The notes below the pieces were generated by a model. That model saw nothing but the letters and a program-made list of their open reading frames with translations, did not search any database and was not told the origin of the DNA. Positions 16,424 through 21,070 of a DNA stretch of 21,070 nucleotides are shown here, one piece after another. This DNA comes from Myxococcota bacterium (GTDB lineage Bacteria > Myxococcota_A > UBA9160 > UBA4427), in assembly GCA_036336835.1 (NCBI GenBank), contig JAYZFK010000067.1:1-21070 (forward strand). The letters run 5' to 3'. Made by a program: the position numbers and the translations under genes. The stretch's first letter is position 1; each line of letters opens with the position of its first letter.

Positions 16424-17515
16424 ATGCACACAGGGGACCCATTGGACGACGAGCGAACCAGGAGCAGCCGGGACCAGTCCGACCTCGCCGTGGCCGGGCG
16501 CTCGGCGCCCTCGTGCCCGGCGCCAGCCCCTCCCGAGCGGCTTGCGGGTTCCGTGCGGCGCACCTCGCACGTGGACATGCACTGGGACCTGCCGGCAGAC
16601 GCGGAGCCCTTTGCCACGGCGGGTCTCCATCTGCGCGGCAGCGCGCGCGATCTGCTGACGCGCGGCGTGGGCGCGAGCGAGATCCTGGGCGAGGCGCAGA
16701 TCGACGCGCGCGTTGACGACGAGGGCGGGCTCGCCGCACTGCACACCGCGCCGCGCGCCGGAGACGTCGCGGCACTGCTCGGTGTGCGGGTGGGAGCGGG
16801 CTTCCGACAGCGGGCCGAGACGGCGTTTCCGGGCGAGGCAGGCACACCGCTCGGTCTGCTGATCGACGACCTTCCGGTCGCCGCGCTGATCTCGGGCTAC
16901 GCGCGCGTGCGGCGGGCAATGACAGCGGGCGCGCACCCGGGCGACCTGGCACCGCGCGCTGCGGCCGACCACCAGACGGACCTGTGCTCCGGTTGGGCGG
17001 CTGGCGGCACGATGATCCGGTCGATTCTGGATGGGCAGGGCATCCCTTACCGGCGCGGCCCGCTGGCACCGCGGCCCGCGCCCGACGATCCAGAGGGCTG
17101 GCACCCCGAGCCGCCGCTGCCGCCGGGGGCCATGCGCCGGCGGCGCCGCATCGACGTCGTGCCGGCCAGCGACGCCGCTGCTTCGCTGCGCATCGACGCC
17201 ATGTTTCGCGACACCTGGATGGATCTCGAGGGGCGCGAAGAGGTGCTCCACGAGTACACGGTCGAGGCCACGCTCGACCCGGCGGGCGAGCGCATCCAGA
17301 CGATCTCGGCGGATCCCCGCGTGCTGCCCTTCGGCGAGTGCCCCGCCGCGGCGCGCTACGTGTCGAAGCTCGACGGTCTCGCCGTCGCGGGGTTGCGCCG
17401 CAGTGTGCGCGAGACACTCGTGAGCACCGAGTCCTGCACCCACCTGAACGACCTGCTGCGAGCCCTCGCAGACGTCACCTTCCTGCGAGAGCGCGCGGCG
17501 ACCGGCGACGCGTGA
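16424..17515 (+). CDS. DUF2889 domain-containing protein
   Basis: VRRTSHVD, DLCSGW, RRRRRIDV, DAMFRD, VLHEY, PRVLPFGECP, SCTHLNDLLRAL. Start is ATG 16424 or TTG 16442 (after AGGGGA). Confidence 0.82.
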   Translation: MHTGDPLDDERTRSSRDQSDLAVAGRSAPSCPAPAPPERLAGSVRRTSHVDMHWDLPADAEPFATAGLHLRGSARDLLTRGVGASEILGEAQIDARVDDEGGLAALHTAPRAGDVAALLGVRVGAGFRQRAETAFPGEAGTPLGLLIDDLPVAALISGYARVRRAMTAGAHPGDLAPRAAADHQTDLCSGWAAGGTMIRSILDGQGIPYRRGPLAPRPAPDDPEGWHPEPPLPPGAMRRRRRIDVVPASDAAASLRIDAMFRDTWMDLEGREEVLHEYTVEATLDPAGERIQTISADPRVLPFGECPAAARYVSKLDGLAVAGLRRSVRETLVSTESCTHLNDLLRALADVTFLRERAATGDA

Positions 17516-17539
17516 TCAGCTGGACAGCTTTTCCAGCGG

Positions 17540-17690
17540 GATGTCCCGGTGCCAATCGGCTCCCAAATCCGTCAGATCCTGCTCGCCGCCGTCGAGGGCG
17601 GCCTCGGCGGGCGCGATTGGAGCAACCTGGTCGAGCACGCCGAGCGCGAGGCGGGCCTCGAGCTGGCGATCGAGCCGGCAGAGCAATGCT
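17540..17690 (+). pseudogene. Relic C-terminus of an NAD(P)-dependent beta-hydroxyacid dehydrogenase (3-hydroxyisobutyrate dehydrogenase family)
   Basis: DVPVPIGSQIRQILLAAVEGGLGGRDWSNLVEHAEREAGLEL matches the family's terminal vPmP...a...GlG..DwS..... pattern. In-frame TGA at 17513 just upstream, so no N-terminal domain is present. Confidence 0.62.
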
Positions 17691-17819
17691 GTGACGAGCG
17701 CGACGGACGAAGAGCTGATCGTCGATGCCGACGGCCACGTGTGCGAGCCCGCCGACCTGTGGGAGCGCCGGGTACTCGGCGCCCTGGTCCTGGAGCTCTG
17801 GCGCCACGCGTCCCGCTAG
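17691..17819 (+). pseudogene. Truncated N-terminus of an amidohydrolase_2 family protein
   Basis: GTG 17691: TSATDEELIVDADGHVCEPADLWERR (DxDxH-x-x-EP..LW motif), then unrelated VLGALVLELWRHASR and TAG after only 42 codons. Confidence 0.75.
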
Positions 17820-18235
17820 TACTGATTCCGGATCTTTGCGAAGTCGAAGCTGAATACGTCGTCGAGGGAAAGGGCGTAGAGATCGCTGCGCTCGCCACTG
17901 TCGTCGGCCACGGGAACTCCCGGCCGCGCGATGCGAGCACGCAGCGACCCATCGTCCACGCGCCGCGCCGCCCCGTGGGCCGTCGCACCCCGGATCGCGT
18001 AGTAGCTCGGGTAGACGTCGATCGAGGCGCAGACGCGCGCGTCCCGCTCGATGTTGTGGTGCGAACGAGTTCCGCGGCAGACGAGGAAGTGGAGCTCGCC
18101 TTGCTCGAGACCGCAGGCGGCCAGATCCGCCCACGGGCTGCCGTCGGCGTCGAGTGTCGCGAGCACAACCCAGCGCTGGCTGGCGAAGAACACATCGACC
18201 TCGGCGGCCGTCATGCCAATCTGCTCGCGCGCCAC
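17816..18235 (-). CDS. Pyridoxamine 5'-phosphate oxidase-like (split beta-barrel, FDOR/PPOX class) protein
   Basis: MTAAEVDVFF, VLATLDADGSP, HNIERDARV, YYAIRG, FDFAK. Confidence 0.85.
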   Translation of the reverse strand: MAREQIGMTAAEVDVFFASQRWVVLATLDADGSPWADLAACGLEQGELHFLVCRGTRSHHNIERDARVCASIDVYPSYYAIRGATAHGAARRVDDGSLRARIARPGVPVADDSGERSDLYALSLDDVFSFDFAKIRNQY

Positions 18236-18237
18236 GC

Positions 18238-18684
18238 CTAGCCCTCGCTGCTGCGATCGAGCATCACGGTCTCGTCGGCGTCCACGCCGAGCAGCACCCG
18301 CTTGCCCTCTTGCAAGCGGGTGACCGCACGGTCGGGGACCCCGGACGCGGGCGCGCCCGAGGGCCGCGCACGGGCAGGGCTCGTGAGCTCGAGGCTGGCG
18401 GGGTCGAGGATCCGCACCCTGCCCTTGTAGACGAGGGCACGCTCCAGGGAATCGTCGTAGCCCGCGAGCAGCAGCGAGCAGGTGCGCGGGTCGCGCGCCG
18501 CATTGCGGGCCTTCGCGCTCTTGCGATACGTGTTGTAGGCGAGCCGGCCGCCCGCACAGAGAGCGGTCATCGGGTGGGCGGTGGGCGAGCCGTCCGGCCG
18601 CAGGGTGACGAGAACGCTGCGCCTGCTGCCTGCCAGGAAGGCCTCGACCTCGGGCGCCAGCGGGGGCACGGAATCGTCGCGCAC
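18238..18684 (-). CDS. Pyridoxamine 5'-phosphate oxidase-like (PPOX class, possibly F420-binding) protein
   Basis: EVEAFL, VLVTLRPDGSP, YRKSAKARNAARDPR, EGKRV. Start uncertain (GTG 18684, GTG 18669 or TTG 18726). Confidence 0.85.
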   Translation of the reverse strand: MRDDSVPPLAPEVEAFLAGSRRSVLVTLRPDGSPTAHPMTALCAGGRLAYNTYRKSAKARNAARDPRTCSLLLAGYDDSLERALVYKGRVRILDPASLELTSPARARPSGAPASGVPDRAVTRLQEGKRVLLGVDADETVMLDRSSEG

Positions 18685-18777
18685 TTCAGCGCGCCACGCG
18701 AGAGCAGTGCGCACGAGCCACGGCAACGATGCGCTTCTCCACCTGGGTCCCTCCGTCGTGCGTCATCGGTTCGGCCC

Positions 18778-18783
18778 ATTCTA
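18778..18783 (-). promoter_or_regulatory. -10 element (TAGAAT) upstream of the PPOX pair
   Basis: Near-consensus hexamer in a GC-rich intergenic gap. Confidence 0.5.
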
Positions 18784-18810
18784 CCGGCCGGGGGCCCGAG
18801 CGCGACCGCC

Positions 18811-19326
18811 CTACTTGACCTCGATGAGCTCGACCACGAACCCGTCCGGATCCTTGACGATTGCGATCGTTAGGCTGCCGTCGGCGGTCCGGCTCGTCGG
18901 CCGAACGATCGCGTAGCCCGCATCCGCGACACGGGCGACGGTCGCGCGCACGTCGGGCACGCCGATCGCAAGGCGACTGAATGCGTCCCCGAGCCGATAG
19001 GGCTCGTCGCGGTCTTCGCGGTGCACCAGCAGGAGCATGGAGCCGCTGTCGGTGGGCTGCTCGTCCGGGACGTCGGCGGCGTAGGTGAGCGCGACCTCGA
19101 CGACGCCGGGTCCGCCCGGATAGCGCTGGTACTCCCGCATGCCGAGAATGCTCGTGTAGAACGCGAGCGAGCGGGTCAGGTCGGCGACGTGGATCGCCGG
19201 GAACATGATGCGCGGCTGCGCGCTCGTGCTGGCTTGCGAGGCATCGACCACTTCCTCGGCAAGCGCCGGGGCCATCGCTCCGAACGCCAGGCATGCAGCG
19301 AGCAGGATTCCAAAGCGCTGGATCAC
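18811..19326 (-). CDS. VOC (glyoxalase/bleomycin resistance) family protein with N-terminal signal peptide (171 aa)
   Basis: GTG 19326 after a G-run RBS. Signal peptide IQRFGILLAACLAFGAMAPALA. IHVADLTRSLAFYTSILGM, LAIGVPDV, KDPDGFVVELIE. Confidence 0.9.
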   Translation of the reverse strand: MIQRFGILLAACLAFGAMAPALAEEVVDASQASTSAQPRIMFPAIHVADLTRSLAFYTSILGMREYQRYPGGPGVVEVALTYAADVPDEQPTDSGSMLLLVHREDRDEPYRLGDAFSRLAIGVPDVRATVARVADAGYAIVRPTSRTADGSLTIAIVKDPDGFVVELIEVK

Positions 19327-19342
19327 GTCGCAGCCCCCCCGA

Positions 19343-20677
19343 TCAAGCGAAGATCTCGCTGATGGCGCGGTTGGTCTCCATCGAGCCACTGCCCCAGCGA
19401 TCGACCGAGACACCCATGATCTGCTGCAGCGTGAGGCCGACGCGGGTCACCGGATCCCCCGCGCCGGTCACGTGGATGCCCGGCTGGATGCGACCGCCGG
19501 CCCGGCCGGCGAGCATGATGGGCAGGCCCAGCACGTCGTGGATCTTGGCGAACGAGGTCTCGGAGTGCGCCATCACGACACTGTTGTCCAGCAGGCTTCC
19601 ATCGCCCTCGGGAAACGCCGCCAGCTCGTGCACGAAAGCGGCCCAGGTCTCCATGCTGCGGTCCACGAAGTAGCTTGCCCGGGGCTGGTAGCCGAGCTTC
19701 GCGTCCAGCTGCTCCTCGTGGGTCAGCTGGTGGTGCCCCGTCTGGCTCCCCGGAAGGTGCAGGTTGGATGCGCCGTATGAGAACACCATGTTGAACACAC
19801 GGGTCTGGTCGCAAGCCAGCGCCATCACCAGGAGCTTCGTCATCAGCTCGTGGGTCTGCTCCGCATGGCCGACCTCGGAGCCTCCACGACCCTCGGCCGG
19901 CGCTCCCGGAGGCTGGCAGGCCTCGAGCGGCGGCGGTGCCGAGAGCTGCAGCTCGAGCTGTCGCTCCAGCTGCCGCAACGCGGTCAGGTAGTCGTCCAGC
20001 CGCTGCCGGTCGTGGGTGCCGAGCTGCGTCTCGAGCCGCTTGCGATCGTCCTTGACGGCGGAGACCACACTCTGGCGCAGCATCACCTCGGGATCGGGCA
20101 CGAACCCGGCGGCGTTCGGGTCCTGGAAGCCCGACCCGAAGACGCGGCGGTAGAGCTCGATCGGCGACGTCTCGCTCGAGTTCATGACACTCTGGCCGCG
20201 CAGGCTGTAGCTGTCCTTCGCGCTGCCCGTGGCCGTCAGCTCCAGAGAACGGAAGCGCGTCGACGAGCCCACCTCGTCGGAGATCAGGACGTCGAGCGTT
20301 GGCGCGGGGACGTCCTTCGATTTGGCAGGCGCCTCGCCAGTGAGCGTGCCGATCACGCCGCTCTTGTGAGGGTGATTGGGCCGCCCGTCGAGGTGCACGC
20401 TGAATCCGCTCAACACCGTCACGTGTTGCTGCACGCCCGCGATCGGCTGGAGCTCGGGGCCCAGCTCGTAGCCTGCACCCACGGCGTTCGGGTTCCAGCG
20501 CCCGGGATTCATTCCACAGCCCCAGAACCAGGTGCCGAAGCGAAGCGGTAGCGGGGCCCCGGAGGCGAGAGCCGTCCCGTTGCCGTTCAGGAAGCCGTCG
20601 AACAGCGGAAGCCCCACTGTGACGGCGACGCCGCCGAGCGCGCCTCGCAGAAAAGTCCGGCGATCGAGTCCACTCAT
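19343..20677 (-). CDS. DUF1552 (HXXSHH) domain protein with twin-arginine leader
   Basis: DRRTFLRGALGGVAVTVGLPLFD, PLRFGTWFWGCG, FRSLEL, D++RLDDY..ALRQLE, MALACDQTRVF, GHHQLTH, EGDGSLLDNS, GRAGG. Confidence 0.9.
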   Translation of the reverse strand: MSGLDRRTFLRGALGGVAVTVGLPLFDGFLNGNGTALASGAPLPLRFGTWFWGCGMNPGRWNPNAVGAGYELGPELQPIAGVQQHVTVLSGFSVHLDGRPNHPHKSGVIGTLTGEAPAKSKDVPAPTLDVLISDEVGSSTRFRSLELTATGSAKDSYSLRGQSVMNSSETSPIELYRRVFGSGFQDPNAAGFVPDPEVMLRQSVVSAVKDDRKRLETQLGTHDRQRLDDYLTALRQLERQLELQLSAPPPLEACQPPGAPAEGRGGSEVGHAEQTHELMTKLLVMALACDQTRVFNMVFSYGASNLHLPGSQTGHHQLTHEEQLDAKLGYQPRASYFVDRSMETWAAFVHELAAFPEGDGSLLDNSVVMAHSETSFAKIHDVLGLPIMLAGRAGGRIQPGIHVTGAGDPVTRVGLTLQQIMGVSVDRWGSGSMETNRAISEIFA

Positions 20678-21070
20678 GTCTCTCCCCCTGCCTCCGTCTC
20701 GACGGATCGCGCCTCGGACGCCGTGCGGAAGCCCTGGCTCGTCGTGATCGACTTCAGCAGGGCGTGAAGCCCGTAGCCCGATTCCTCGAAGCGATCTTCG
20801 AGATAGCGCAGAAGCTGCCGCTCACTCAACACCGTGTCACGTCCGACGGCATAGCGGTAGAGGTTCTCCACCAGGCAGGCCGGCACGGCCGGGTGGTCGT
20901 GCAGCAGACGCCCCAGATCGCGGGTATCGGCGAATTCGTCGCCACTGATGTCTCCGCTGGTGTCGATCTCGACGCCATTCTCTGTTGGCCGGTAAGCGCC
21001 AATGGCGTCGAAGGTGTCGAGCCCCAGGCCGATCGGATCCATGATCCTGTGGCAGTTGGCGCAGGTCGGA
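20674..21070 (-). CDS. C-terminal part of a DUF1592/DUF1588/DUF1585-type protein with CxxCH motif; 5' part outside window
   Basis: The frame is open to the window edge: PTCANCHRIMDPIGLGLDTFDAIGAYR..ENG..IDTSG...CLVENLYRYAVGR...LLKSITTSQGF. ATGA overlap with the DUF1552 gene. Confidence 0.88.
   Translation of the reverse strand, partial: PTCANCHRIMDPIGLGLDTFDAIGAYRPTENGVEIDTSGDISGDEFADTRDLGRLLHDHPAVPACLVENLYRYAVGRDTVLSERQLLRYLEDRFEESGYGLHALLKSITTSQGFRTASEARSVETEAGGET

Noticed and set aside
1..21070. CRISPR array, IS/transposase, integrase, tRNA/rRNA, phage or defence genes
   Set aside because: No regularly spaced repeats, terminal inverted repeats with a transposase, or recognisable motifs were seen.

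Overview
High-GC (~69% by eye) bacterial chromosomal window with no rRNA, tRNA, CRISPR array or transposase. Left part: a 5'-truncated FMN alpha-hydroxy acid dehydrogenase (frameshift at ~70, CxxCH in a loop), a ~1064-aa membrane/spermidine-synthase-like/TPR fusion divergent from an LtaS/EptA-like alkaline-phosphatase-superfamily membrane protein, and a small secreted dockerin/EF-hand-like protein. A ~970-bp intergenic region holds a ~200-nt multi-helix candidate structured RNA ahead of a cspA-family gene, followed by a TraR/DksA-family gene and a cupin pseudogene. Middle/right: a lipophilic-substrate redox cluster (sterol desaturase family, three SDRs, cytochrome P450, SRPBCC, family III CoA-transferase, F420-type LLM, DUF2889, two PPOX/FDOR-like proteins) with a deletion scar containing relics of two more genes. 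Right end: a minus-strand DUF1592-type (CxxCH) / DUF1552 (Tat) / secreted VOC operon. The best candidates for something undescribed are the structured RNA upstream of cspA, the CxxCH flavoenzyme, the putative envelope-modification pair and the exported DUF1592-DUF1552-VOC module. All family calls come from motif recognition, not database searches.
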